NCBI GenBank assembly: GCA_050575255.1
Contig: JBNZDD010013726.1
Span: 1,466,409-1,530,408 of the forward strand
Reading direction: 5' to 3'
Origin: Harriotta raleighana
Taxonomy: Eukaryota
Length of the DNA stretch: 64,000 nucleotides
The position numbers were made by a program, and so were the translations under genes. Positions 40,346 through 52,560 of this stretch are shown in pieces. Below the pieces are notes generated by a model. The model had not been told where the DNA came from. It saw only the letters and a program-made list of their open reading frames with translations, and did no database searches. Every line of letters begins with the position of its first letter. The first letter of the stretch is position 1.

Positions 40346-43300
40346 GTATGTTCTTTCCCCCCACCCCCATCTGTTAAATTCACACCATCACTCGCACAGG
40401 TATACACACTGCACTGTCCTGGGCTCTCTTGACCCCAGTTCCTGAGTTCCCCATTTCCCAGTGGTTACCATGCTGTCGCAGTGTTATAAACACAACCACA
40501 CAATCCAGTGTAAAAGTTGATTGTGGTTGTCACTTGGTTAGTGCTGAAGTTGTTTTGTTATATTTAGAGGATATAAATATATTCATGAAGATGCAATGTG
40601 TAAACCAGATTTTATAATAAATTATATAGCAGCATTTCACAGTTGTTTTGCTCCCGTTTTATAGTGGGTTTTTTTATTGAGAAGTTTGATGTGGTGCGGA
40701 TGAATCCTTTCAAATGACTGTGATGTCTTTCTTTCACTCTTTATTTCCACATCATCTGGCGGCAGAATTTGTTGCTGCCAGTTTAAAAGATGCCAAATGG
40801 TGTTTGAAATGGGAAGGGAGTGAGCTGTCTTTGTTCTCTGATTAGTTTACTGGATGGCTCTGACAAATTAGCCATCCTCGACAGACCCATTAGGGCTTTG
40901 ATGAATGTCTCTGATTCAGCCCCGCAAGAAATCATTATTGAAATATAACATTTACAATGGTTTTTGTGGTTTGTTTTGATGTCTAACAACATACTTAGCC
41001 GTTCCACCTGTCCAATTGCCTGCGATGTTGTCTTCTATAGGTGGGGGCATAAGTTGGTCAGCATCAGTGAATTATCTTTGAATGATTTTGCTGAACCATT
41101 CTTTTTCTTTCTGTAGGCCTAAGTCAATGAATGTCATTTGGCTCAGAGATAGTCAACTGGGCAAGTCTGAAAAGTTTGATATCTGAAAGTAATCTTCTTG
41201 CATAAACCCGATTGGAAGCATGCTCTTTGTCTGCTCGCATGTGGCCAAACTCTTTGCTGAGTTGGCTTCTTGACTTGATCACAATAAATGATGAAGCCTG
41301 AAGTTCTCCTGGGAAGCTAATGTCCTTTATTCCTGGAAGCTGGTAACTTGCTATCAGCTGGCCACCAGGCACAAGTTGATCAGGAAAGGGAGCAAATCGC
41401 AGGCCTGAAATTTAAATTACTTCTTAGCCTATAGGATCATTTTCTCTTCAAATTGAACATTTTATTTCCACAATATAAAAGAAATTCCTAACCCCCATTC
41501 CTAATTTGGAATCCCAAGTTCTATTTAGAAAATGTGGAAAACAATCATACACTGCCCTCACTAACCCATCAGTATATTGCCACCAATTGTGCCACAGTGC
41601 ACAGTACTATTTATCCAGACTGCTTGCGAGTACATTGAAAATGGAAGGAAAACCAAGGGAAAATGAGGTAAAATGGGGACAATAGCTAGTGACAAATCAG
41701 TTACAATTCAGCGACTTGAATGAGTGCTTCTGTTGATGTGATAAATCGTCCTCCTGGCGTGAAAGGTGCTCTATGAATTTAATTTTGTTGTTGTTGTAAG
41801 ATTTAGGTTTGTCGATAAAGCCATATTCCTGGATTACCTCTGTAAAGGCACCATTAGACATTTGCTGTTTGTAGGTTGCCAGTATTGGATGAACTCATCC
41901 TATTTGCTTGTTTAGGTGGATGTTAAAAGATCGCATAAAACTATCTGAAAAGCAAACAGATGTAGGACATTGCTGTATGCAGAGTAGCTGAAAATTTACC
42001 TACTTTGAGATGTCCCATCCCCCCTCACTTGACAGGAAAGGCACTGTATAGCGACTGCGAAGATTATTCATCATTGTTCCTTCCTCTTTTGCCACAGTTG
42101 AACTAACATTTAATTCCTCCTGCCTTCCAATGTGCTGACAATGGAATGATGGCATCCCCTAAGTTTCTTGCAGCTTTTGGGTTAGCAAACTTTAGTTTGT
42201 TCAGTCAAGCCCATCGTTTTCCTATTAAGTCCCCCTCCATTGTTAGAAGTAGCTGTTCAATCCACATCTCGGTGAATACGTATGTTCATATTCATGACAT
42301 TTTTGGCATTTTTATCCAGTTTCATCTTTGATGCCCTTTGAAATAAGCATTGACTTTTTAAAATTTCAGTCTATGTTCTAAAGGTGAAAGGGGATTGGTT
42401 GCTGTACTCCTTTAGAGTGGAGTACTTGGATTGAGGGCTGGGGAATTGAATTGGAGAAAACTAAGAATGAGTTAGAGAGGGAAGGGGTTACTTAGCAATT
42501 CACAAAAGCCAGTCGTCTCACAGGACTTTGAGTCTAGAAGGAGATCAGCCTGCTACCAGCAGTTTTATTATAGTATCAATAAGAATAGAATTACCTACTT
42601 CAGAGCAGAGGGATTGAGCAACATGATTGAAATTAGGACATGAGGAAGCAGGTGACTCGCTCAGCCTTCAGGCTCATGAGTTATATCTTCTCAATGTCAT
42701 TTGGTTAATTATTTATTGTTTCCCATTGGCAATTTTATACATAAATGCACCACCCAGTTGCTGAAGCTATTTGCATATTTGATGTTGTCACCAGGGAACA
42801 GAATGAGACTGCGGGTTTCAAATTCTGTCTCTTACTCTTGAGTGTTTAAGAGCAATCAGATTCATCCTTCATAAGTGCAATATGTCAGTAATCTGGAGCC
42901 TGAATTTTGGATCCTCACAATTGATGCTTAATGTGTTAAATTGTTATATTCAGTCTTTGAGCCAGTTTTGCATATCACAAACAGACTTTTTTCTGAGCAA
43001 CACTCTTCCAGTCTCTGATTTTTTTTAACCTGCCTTTTCTGTATACTGTATGCATTTTGTAAGTGTTAAACATGCCAAGACTGGGTTTCCATTTGAAATT
43101 GACATGCTTTTCTTGTTATTTCTCACCTATATGGGCACAAGACCCAAAATGTTGAGCTGGTGTCTCTTATTCACATTTGTCATTTCCCACTTGGCTGTTC
43201 CTTTCTACAGTTTTTCACTTCCCAGCCTAAAGTAATACCAGAGCAATACTTTAGCATGCACCAGGACAGTAGAATAAGAAGACATAGGTTGAGAGACGCA

Positions 43301-45127
43301 AAGAGCATTTTATGGTAATTAACAACTGGAGCAGATTGCCACAGAGAATAGAACACTGGACTTTAAAAACAATTTGATACTGTGTTTGGAAAACACACAT
43401 CTTGGTCTCTTTCTCTCCCTCCCTCCTTCTCTCCCTTCCTCCCCTTTGCTTCTCTCCTGTTTTACTTTCTCTTAGCTTCCCACTATTCCTGACCACTATC
43501 CTAATTCTTCAAAATGTGTGTCACATAAAGGCATAATAGGCAATGAAATTCTCTTTAAGAATTTACTTGATGTGTCTTTCAGAGATAATCTATCTGATCA
43601 TTTTAGTTGTTCATAGCCACAGTACAACTCACTATGTGAATTCCTGAACCTTGAGCAGTTTCCAGCTATCCAGTTTGACATGGTTAATGAATGCACAGAT
43701 AATCCCTCACAATAGGGCCTTTGAAATGCCACTGTCTCTGGTTTAACAGGCTTTATTTGTGCCTCCCTGTCTATTAAAGGCGTCATATTAAGTCTACGCC
43801 TCTAACCTCTGAAAGTCTCTGTCTCTATCTTCCTCCACCTTATCCTTTCCATCTATCCTCCGCTCACCTCCGCTTTCTCTCTCACTTCCTCTCTCACTTC
43901 CCCTTCCTCTCTCACCTCCTCTTCCAACCCCACCTGTGTGAAACATTCAGACATTATCCTACATAAAAGGCATAAATGAAAGTTGTTGTCTACTTTTCCA
44001 GACAGCACTCACTGTAAATGTTTAATGTTTGCCTCCAGAGACACATAAGAGATACGTAAAGTTTAGATTAAAACATCAGGGTGCACAAGAGGTAAATTCT
44101 GAAGAACCAAAGCCTCTGTGTGTGAATACAACTGTGTGCCACTGCAGATGTAGCCAATTTATTATAATACATTTTAATAGCAAATCAATATCGCAGGAGA
44201 TTAAGAAAATAACTCTTGAGGTCGGGCCAATTAATCACTGAACACTTGCAACTGTGTGTGGGGAGAAAAGGAACAAATTAATTAGAAATGCAGTAAAACT
44301 AATGATAATAAAAATTTGCTCACTGAACCAGTTCGCTTGGTTGTGGATTAAATGATTCAATGTCCTTCACAGATTAAATTGCATGCTTCACTGGAGCTGG
44401 ATCTGACAACTGAGACTAGGCAGCCAGCAGCTAATATTTTTTGATACAGATGGATTTTGAATTCATACTTTTATAATTCTATTGATTAAATAATTTGGGA
44501 CAGAAAAAGGGAAGAGAATTGAAATAAAGTTTGTAACATGAGAATAGCTATTTAACAAGTCTTAACCAGATTGTGATGAAGTAGCGTCTCTGAGTGTGTA
44601 TTGCTGGAAGATCCCATCTGCAGTGAACTGTTAACGGTTCAGAGGTAACGTAAACTCCTTCTTCACAAAAAGAAAAACAAACATGACATTATTGAGTGAG
44701 TGCTAAGCACTCTCCATCTTACAATTCATCCTTTTACTTTGACTCGTTTCCGCTCCTTAAACTGTGGCACACAAGCCATCAAATCTTCCTTTACCTCAGC
44801 GTCCCCCAATTGATGAAGTCTTTCTGCATGGCAACCTGTGGCAATTAGTCTCACTAATGGGAAATAAGTGCACTAATTATGCAAATCTCTCTCTTAATAC
44901 CTGGAGGCTTTTGTGACTCAACCGAACCATATCTGTTTTTGAATTCTAACTATCTTCATTTTATTCATTCACAAGTTCGCACATTAGTTTTAATATTTCA
45001 AAGATTTTTTTTTGCTGTCCAAGAATAATTGAAGCACAATGGCATCTTGAAGGATACTTGCGTTTAATCGCACTCTCTTTCCACTTGCGCCCCCACCACT
45101 TTCCCCCCAATCCCCCATTTCATTTAG

Positions 45128-45308
45128 GTGGAATGGCTGAAGAATGAAGATATTATCAACTCAGTTCAAGACTCCAACTTCCTCATCACCATTGACCATA
45201 ATCTGATCATCAAACAAGCTCGCCTGTCAGACACAGCAAACTACACCTGTGTGGCTAAGAACATTGTTGCCAAGCGGCGGAGTACCACTGCCACAGTGCT
45301 TGTATACG
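45128..45308 (+). CDS. unc5b: UNC5B exon 5 (Ig2): [60 protein letters not shown]
   Basis: Acceptor catttag|GTG; donor TACG|gtaaga; 181 nt, phase 0-1. Confidence 0.97.
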
Positions 45309-45346
45309 GTAAGACACAGTTCTAGAATTTACAGTATTCAGGACAT

Positions 45347-46133
45347 ATAATAAGAATAATCCTTGCATTTGATGTACAGTAAAAGCCCGTTTATCTGTGA
45401 CTCGATCAACCAGAACTTCCGTATAACCAGAACGTCAAAAAAAAAAAGTCCCCACCCAATTAACCAGAAGTTATCCGGCACAATAGCGGTGGCGCATTTA
45501 ATGGATCAATTATTGCACGAGAGTACTGTACAGGTATTTCAGCTTGCCATTAGTAGAGCCTCAAACTGGCGCTGCTGTTTTTTTTCCTCCCATGGCGGCC
45601 GCCATTGCAGAAGTTAAGTATAAATAATAAAGTACCAATACAATATTCTGTTATTACAATATCTGTTATTACTATATTTAGTCTATTATTTATATGGTAC
45701 ATTGTATTTACATTTATAATAAAGTACCATTAAAATATTCTGTTATTACAGTATCTGTTTTTTTTTGCATTGGGTTTTCGGCGTTGGATCCGGCCATTTA
45801 ACCGGCAAGACGTTTAACCGGCATTGGCCAGGTCCCGCGGGTGTCAGATAAACAGGCTTTTACTGTAGCACTTTTTATGTCATCTGGAAGTCTCAAAGAG
45901 CTTCACAGAAAATATTGTGAAGTAAATTAATATGTGGGCGAAACATGGCAGCCAATTGTGCACAGCAGTGTCCCACAAACAGTTGTGAATTGAAATTAAC
46001 AAATTTTATAAGGGATTATTATCAGGGGTGTGGAGTAAAGGAAACTTGCCCAAGGTTTCACCCTGTCCTGGAATCGAACCCAGGACTCTCACTTGTAAGA
46101 CGAGTGCTCTTAACCACTGAGCTGCAGGACTCC
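45347..46133 (-). mobile_element. Full-length tRNA-derived SINE interrupted by a MITE
   Basis: Minus-strand head ggagtcctgcagctcagtggttaagagcactcgtcttacaagtgagagtcctgggttcgattccag (A and B boxes). The tail ccttgcatttgatgTA..TAgcactttt is split at a TA. Confidence 0.9.
45377..45865 (-). mobile_element. Tigger/pogo-like MITE, family A, reverse orientation
   Basis: TA|CAGTAAAAGCCCGTTTATCTG ... CAGATAAACAGGCTTTTACTG|TA; interior is the reverse complement of 19328-19879 and 34364-34970. Confidence 0.92.
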
Positions 46134-46935
46134 ATAGCTAATTGTTGAATGGAGAAAACAAAGCTTGTTGCAAAACAGAATAACAATCTTCTCATATAGG
46201 ACCAATTTACATTAGATCTAGTCACTTACTGACTACAGTATAGCTGGATATGTATCACTATACACTCTAGATGAACATCCAGTGAAATAACAACATAAAA
46301 TGTTCCCCGCCAGTACACCTCGGGTTTATGGAGGAAAGGTTCCTCTGACACATCAGTGCAACAACCTGGACTTTTAACACATTCACATATAGCATGGGTT
46401 CAGCCTGTTGTTGTGCAATGAGCTGTTCTGATGATTAATATTCTAAATATGAAAAGTGTAATTGCTTGAACGTCAGCAGCTTTCCCGCTGCAAGCCCCTC
46501 AGCAATAACAACTCGAGTTAATAATCTGTAATTTACTTGTTGAAGGTTTTGGAAGCAGCAGAATCCCAATTAATATAGACTCTACTTGACATGTTGGACA
46601 ACATATAGCTTTCAATGGGAGATTAAAATTCTTACAAGATTCCAGTTTCTGCAGCACAGTTGCATATTCTGCATCATTTTGGCTGATGGTTGTTTTTTCC
46701 CTGTACCTTCTTGTCTGAAAAATATAGAAGGGAAGACACATAACAAATGTGTGCGGTCTGTTCAATATACAGCAGTACTGTAAAGGAATTTAGAAGGAAT
46801 TAATATGCTGTTGATAGGATCTAAGATGAATGATGCAGAATAATCTTCAGCCTTCAGAGCTGCCAATGGGTTACAATAAAAAGAGTGCATTGTTATTGTG
46901 TTCTCAGGATTTACTGATGCAAATAACAAAATAAT

Positions 46936-47080
46936 TAACACAGAAGTTTCTGGGGAAATTCAGCAATTCAGGCAGCATCCATGGAGAAAGGAAAGTGAAT
47001 TCTGACGAAGGGTCGTGGACCCAAAACATCTGGGGGTTTTTTTCAGATTCCCAGCATCTGCAGTATTTTGTGTTTTGTTT
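46936..47080 (+). mobile_element. Penelope-like palindromic terminal-repeat remnant with decayed minimal hammerhead
   Basis: Arm aacacagaagtttctggggaaattcagcaattcaggcagcatccatggagaaagg; core CTGACGA-A-GGGTC-GTG-GACCC-AAAAC (47002-47027); closing arm tttcagattcccagcatctgcagtattttgtgttt. Confidence 0.65.
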
Positions 47081-47493
47081 AACAAAATAATCAACATGCC
47101 TCATTAATTGCATTGTGCTTATTCGGTGTGACGTGTGTTTCGGGGTTAATCTCGTAATACTTGCCAGGTGTGAGATAGGCTCACATTCAGGCCGGAAGAT
47201 TGGCCACCAATGAGTGATAGCAAAGTCAGAAATAAGTAACAAGAAAAGGTTGACCAGCCCACAAATCCACTTCTTCTACAGACTGTGGAAAAAGAAGACA
47301 CTATGGTCAACTACTCCCACCCGCACTTGTCTGTATCTGTATAGTTCTGTATGGTTGCAATCAGATCCCCAATTGTAACGAGTACCAACACCATAATATT
47401 TATCCATGTCCATATCTCTACAGTTCAAGCCTGGCATTTCTCCTTCCAAAGCCAAAGTTTTTCTACTCATTAATAGCTCCCAGCAGACAACAT

Positions 47494-47793
47494 TATAAGC
47501 ATGAGACCTGTGTTCGAATCCCGGCAGATCAGGGCGAAACCTTGGGCAAGTTTCCTTACTCCACACGCCTAATAATAATCCCTCCAAAAAAAAATACAAC
47601 AATAATAAAATTGGTCATTTCAATCCATGACTGTTTGTGGGACTCTGCTGTGCGCAATTGGCTGCTGCATTGTGCCCAGAAATATACAGTCAATTCACTT
47701 TACAGTATATTCTGTGAAGCGCTTTGGGACGTCGATAAGATGTGAAAAGCGCTATATCAAATGCAAGGATTATTATTATTATTATTATTATTA
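47494..47793 (+). mobile_element. tRNA-derived SINE family copy
   Basis: B box GTTCGAATC at 47512-47520; body ttgggcaagtttccttactccacacgcc; tail agcgctttgggacgtcgataagatgtgaaaagcgctatatcaaatgcaagg(att)n. Confidence 0.9.
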
Positions 47794-48091
47794 GGTTTCA
47801 TGAAGCATTTGTCCATCTCAATTTGTACTTGTCCTTGTACTCTTCAGTACCATTTCCAGGCAGTCGCTTATCTAGGTATTTTGTTTTAAAAGGAATTAAC
47901 CAATAGGAAAGTTGGAGGCAATTGGTTTTGATGTTTTTTTTAGGAATCTTGTCTTTCTGGGAGAAGATGGAAGAAGCAATTCAAAAGACGGAAGTTAAGA
48001 AATTCCCAGATTAATTGTGATTTCAGTGACACAAAATTTCCCATGTACCTTCTCGGCTAAAAATAATGTAAAGCACATCTGACTGTTCATG

Positions 48092-48149
48092 CCTTGGGAT
48101 ATCCTCCTCATATGAAAGACGCTCTATAAATGTAATTTTGTTGTTGTTG
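48092..48149 (+). mobile_element. Tail-only L2-type retro-insert (older, CpG-decayed)
   Basis: ccttgggatatcctcctcatatgaaagacgctctataaatgtaattttgttgttgttg. Confidence 0.75.
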
Positions 48150-48564
48150 TACATTCAGCATTCTGAGGTGTCAACAAGCAGTACTGGATCCAACAAGCAA
48201 TACTGGATTTCAGACAACAAAAACCTTAAAAAATCTTTTCTTCAGAGTTGTAAAGGGTGGATTTTGGACTGGAATAAGTTATGTTTATCCAGTTCAAATT
48301 GTCTTGTATGGTTTTTGACTGGAAGAACCACAGCACTGCGACAGTCATCATTTTTATTGAGAGGCTGTCCAATTTAGGCAGCTCAATCCCCTCTGTAGAA
48401 TATAATTGAAATGTCAGTTGTGGGATAGTTGGATATATGGTTTAGACAAGCTCTATTTGGTTGGACTTAAATGAAGGGAATGCAGTACAAAGTATTGTAC
48501 TGCAAAGCTGTATTTTCCAGGTGCTGGCTTGGATGATTTGACAGCAACTGAGTCAGATGTAACT

Positions 48565-48850
48565 TCATTGGTGGACATAAGATGTTAAATCGAGGTCTCA
48601 TCTGCCTGCTTAGGTGGACAATAAATTTCATGGTATTATTCAGAAAGAGACGGGAGTTTGTCTTGGTTTCCTGGCCAACAGTCTCAGAAATAAAATCTGT
48701 TATGGCTCTTTGTAAGACATTGTTGCGTGCAAATTTGCTGTTCCGTTTGCCTACAAAACACACTTTCAATAGACTTTGCAGTGTATCCTGTGAAGCAGGA
48801 TTTGATATGTCCTCCTCATGTGAAGAGTGCAGTATAAATGCAAAGATTTT
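48565..48850 (+). mobile_element. Deu-domain SINE remnant (AmnSINE1/SacSINE1-like superfamily)
   Basis: agatgttaaatcgaggtctcatctgcctgcttaggtggac...ttcctggccaac...gcgtgcaaatttgctg...gtgaagagtgcagtataaatgcaa follows the Deu-domain consensus as I recall it. Confidence 0.7.
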
Positions 48851-48900
48851 CTTGTAGATATATTTCAACCAAGGATATCTTGTTCTGATTTTTCCCACAG

Positions 48901-49068
48901 TAAATGGTGGATGGTCCACTTGGACAGAATGGACTACATGTAGCAACCGCTGTGGCCGAGGCTGGCAGAAGCGTACAAGAACATGTACCAACCCAGCCCC
49001 ACTCAATGGTGGGGCCTTCTGTGATGGACAAACATCCCAGAGGATTTCCTGCAGCACTATGTGCCCAG
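48901..49068 (+). CDS. unc5b: UNC5B exon 6 (TSP1 repeat 1): [56 protein letters not shown]
   Basis: Acceptor tttcccacag|TA; donor CCAG|gtgagt; 168 nt, phase 1-1; WxxWxxW and CxxxCG motifs. Translated by hand because the ORF track shows other frames here. Confidence 0.96.
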
Positions 49069-50815
49069 GTGAGTTTGATTTCAGGCGGTGTAAGCAATGC
49101 TGGAAATGAAAGAAGAGGTGGCTTCAGTGTGGGTGTTGCTGTTGTTGTTCTTGTGTGTGTGTGTTTGTGTGTGTTTTCGATTTGCTCATATACACAAAAG
49201 CTTCGAAATTATTTCAAGCATATTTTGTTTATTATTGAATTTATTCTCAATCCACTGTGAGATATGAGGTTTGTTCCCTAAAAGGCTGTATGAACTGAAT
49301 GATTCTATGTGTACTGTATGTTTAATATAATATAAAACATTTCTGTTGGTAGATTGCAGGATATTTTCGAGATGCTTTTGCAGGGAGAGAACATTTGCTC
49401 AGCAGTTTCCCTATATCATCCATCATGACAATGTTAACTATTCCACTGGAGAGTTTAAATCAGTGGAGAATTAAAATATCCAACCAAAATTCACACTGGT
49501 GGGAAAAAAAGACGCAAGGCTGAAAATGTTTCTCAAAACTTTACCACATGTATTCTAATTGACTGAAAGCTCCAAAGGAAGATTGAGATCAGACTAAAGT
49601 TGATCCAGACACATACTATTTAAATCTAATTCCCATTTGTCAGGGATTGGGTGGAGAAGGTCAATCCAGAATTCAAGTCTCTGATTCTTAATACAAGGCA
49701 GCCTTGTTAAAAACACACTTTATAGCACAAATTGAGTTACATCTATGTTGCAATGCTGGAAATTTGTTGATCCCAACCACTGTATTATAACAAGGTTTCA
49801 CAGTGCATGAATCGGATGCCATCTCTAAAGTGAATGTAAAGTGGGGTTTGTCAGGCAAGTGACTGTGCAAGGCAAGTGGGCTCAAATGAATATTGTGGTG
49901 ATCTGCAAAGAATAAGACTCACCTTTCCACAATCATGTTTGCACTTGATCCCGCAGCTCCCATCGTGCTGACAGTCAGTCATTGGGATAGGAGAATTTGT
50001 AACTTCAGAAATTGTTCTGATCAGCATTCGTTCGCAGGAAAGAAGTACAATTGCTGAGAAGGCAAATTTGGAGGGTGTTATCCTGCAAACTGGCAGCTTG
50101 GCTTCCAATGACAGCGCTGTGGGGTAATTGAAGTGGCCTTGCTGATTCCAGAGGCTCCAGTAATTGAGGGAGATCTAACTGCCAAAATTAAGAGTGGTGA
50201 AGGCAACATGCAAGCAATGTGTTTACACGTGCAAGTGTCAATGGCACTGAAGCATCTGTCCTTCATTTTAACTGGTGGAGGGGAAGGTTTCTGCAACTGG
50301 GGCAACCCCGAATGGTGCAGGATGTTTGAAGCGAAATGGACTTGTAAATACTGTGCTGACACACAATCATTGCAAACAGATGACGTCTCCCTCAATGTTT
50401 TAGATCCACCACAAACATCAGTGCTTCCGTTCCATTAAAAAAAAAGCAACTTGCTTAGCATGTTCATGATAAGATGGTGTGTAAAAGTTACTCATTACAT
50501 TTTCCGCTCACCACACAACATGGCAAATTACTGCCTTACAGCAGAGCAAGTAGACCAGAAGGGGCAAAGAGTTAATAGGCTATTCAAGCATGCCTTTTGC
50601 TGGTTTATGCCTTTGATCTGTGTGTCTGGCAGTGCAGCTGAAGTAAGGGAAATATTGTAGTCTGTAGAGTGAGTGAGCTTGCAGCTTCTTGAATCAGAGC
50701 GTCAGGTGTGAAGCCCCAGAAACAGTGATTTAATTCAAACAGGTCTGGCTGGCTGTGATGTGACCCAAAGTCATTTTTATTTTATTTCTTTTTTCTTTTT
50801 CCTGGTAAAATGCAG

Positions 50816-50980
50816 TTGATGGTGGCTGGACAGATTGGAGCAAATGGTCGGCTTGCAGCACAGAGTGCACCCACTGGAGAAGCCGCAAGTGCGCGGCACC
50901 ATCCCCCAGAAACGGAGGCAGAGACTGCTCCGGTCTAGTGCTGGTGTCCAAAAACTGCACAGATGGGCTCTGTATGCAGA
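50816..50980 (+). CDS. unc5b: UNC5B exon 7 (TSP1 repeat 2): [55 protein letters not shown]
   Basis: Acceptor aaaatgcag|TT; donor CAGA|gtaagt; 165 nt, phase 1-1. Confidence 0.96.
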
Positions 50981-52007
50981 GTAAGTAGCACAGATTGCCA
51001 TTGGATGAATTTCTCTGCAGGGGTGGGCTCTAGCAGCAGGTGAAAGCTGGGTACATCACACAGATGCTGTGCTTGCAATGTGCTACATCTGTGAGGTACC
51101 AGCAGCAGGAGAAGTCAACAATGTTGATTTAAGCACGCAATCCACACTATCTGCAGAGCTCCAATCCTGGTGTTTTACACTAAATGCTGTTGAGAAACGA
51201 GAGCACAAAGTTACATAAATTTGCCCTGATTTACAGTGGTGGAGGTAAGGAGCCCCTCAAAAAAGATTGAGCAAGTCCCAAATGAAGAAGAATGCACTGC
51301 TAGTAAAGGTTTTCATTCTGCAGCCCTTGATTCTCTCCCTAAGTTTATTTAATTGATGCATACCTTCTCCCTGCCACTACTGTTTCTCCTCAGTTCAAAA
51401 GGTAAGACGTTCTCTCTCATGGAGAACTTCACATATGCTTTTGTAACCACTGCTCCGACAATCGGACCAGTGCAGCGAGCGGCTATTATCCCACCCTTGT
51501 CGTACAGCTCCTAAGACCTGTGGTCAAGCCACAACCCTCCACTTCAGCTGGACCATCTCTTTATACCAGTTGAGATTTGAAGCATTCCATTGCAGTGACT
51601 GCTGGGCGGACCCTGTGATCCCTCCATCCCCAGGAATTCTTTCACAGTTTTACGAATACATAATTCAGTTGTTTATAATGAGTTTTGCATATGGCTCTTC
51701 CGTGTTTTTCATGGTCAATTAGAATGTGACGATCTCTTATCCAGACTTACGTGTGAACAGTGGCCAATTTCCCAAAGTGTCAGTTTCTTCTATTTGCTCT
51801 ATCAACAAGTAATGAGAAGATGACAGTGTTTGCGATTTGTGAGTGAGACATCACTCTTGTGTGTGGTGTCTGATACTGAGTTTGAAATGAGTATCAATGG
51901 CTCAGTTGGCCATTGTTTGTCATGGTTCTGTGGATCACATACTAGGATTGTCATTGGGTCATGTGCTGAGTTAGCTGAAATCAGCAGGTTCGGCAGCAAA
52001 AGAACTG

Positions 52008-52560
52008 CAGTAAAACCTCGTTTATCCGGCACGCTCGGGGGGGGGGGGGGGGGGNNNNNNNNNNNNNNNNNNNNNNNNNNNNNNNNNNNNNNNNNNNNNN
52101 NNNNNNNNNNNNNNNNNNNNNNNNNNNNNNNNNNNNNNNNNNNNNNNNNNNNNNNNNNNNNNNNNNNNNNNNNNNNNNNNNNNNNNNNNNNNNNNNNNNN
52201 NNNNNNNNNNNNNNNNNNNNNNNNNNNNNNNNNNNNNNNNNNNNNNNNNNNNNNNNNNNNNNNNNNNNNNNNNNNNNNNNNNNNNNNNNNNNNNNNNNNN
52301 NNNNNNNNNNNNNNNNNNNNNNNNNNNNNNNNNNNNNNNNNNNNNNNNNNNNNNNNNNNNNNNNNNNNNNNNNNNNNNNNNNNNNNNNNNNNNNNNNNNN
52401 NNNNNNNNNNNNNNNNNNNNNNNNNNNNNNNNNNNNNNNNNNNNNNNNNNNNNNNNNNNNNNNNNNNNNNNNNNNNNNNNNNNNNNNNNNNNNNNNNNNN
52501 NNNNNNNNNNNNNNNNNNNNGTTATGGTTGATCGGGTCACGGATGAACGAGGTTTTACTG
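52008..52560 (+). mobile_element. Tigger/pogo-like MITE family A spanning the second assembly gap (N 52055-52520)
   Basis: Left TIR cagtaaaacctcgtttatccggcac before the gap; right TIR ggatgaacgaggttttactg|ta after it. Confidence 0.85.

Noticed and set aside
46060-46133. tRNA-like sequence (also 19925-19995 and 47494-47530)
   Set aside because: A and B boxes are present, but each is attached to a SINE body and tail and I could not fold a complete cloverleaf; these are SINE heads, not tRNA genes.
48467-49057. 196-aa antisense ORF over exon 6
   Set aside because: It is the antisense shadow of exon 6 plus a Deu SINE, with no recognisable domain.
49690-49805. Possible Tigger-like right end (gatcccaaccactgtattataacaaggtttcacagt)
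   Set aside because: It is too degenerate, with no matching left TIR or TA duplication identified.
51830-52540. Long ORFs containing X runs
   Set aside because: They span the N gap inside a MITE.
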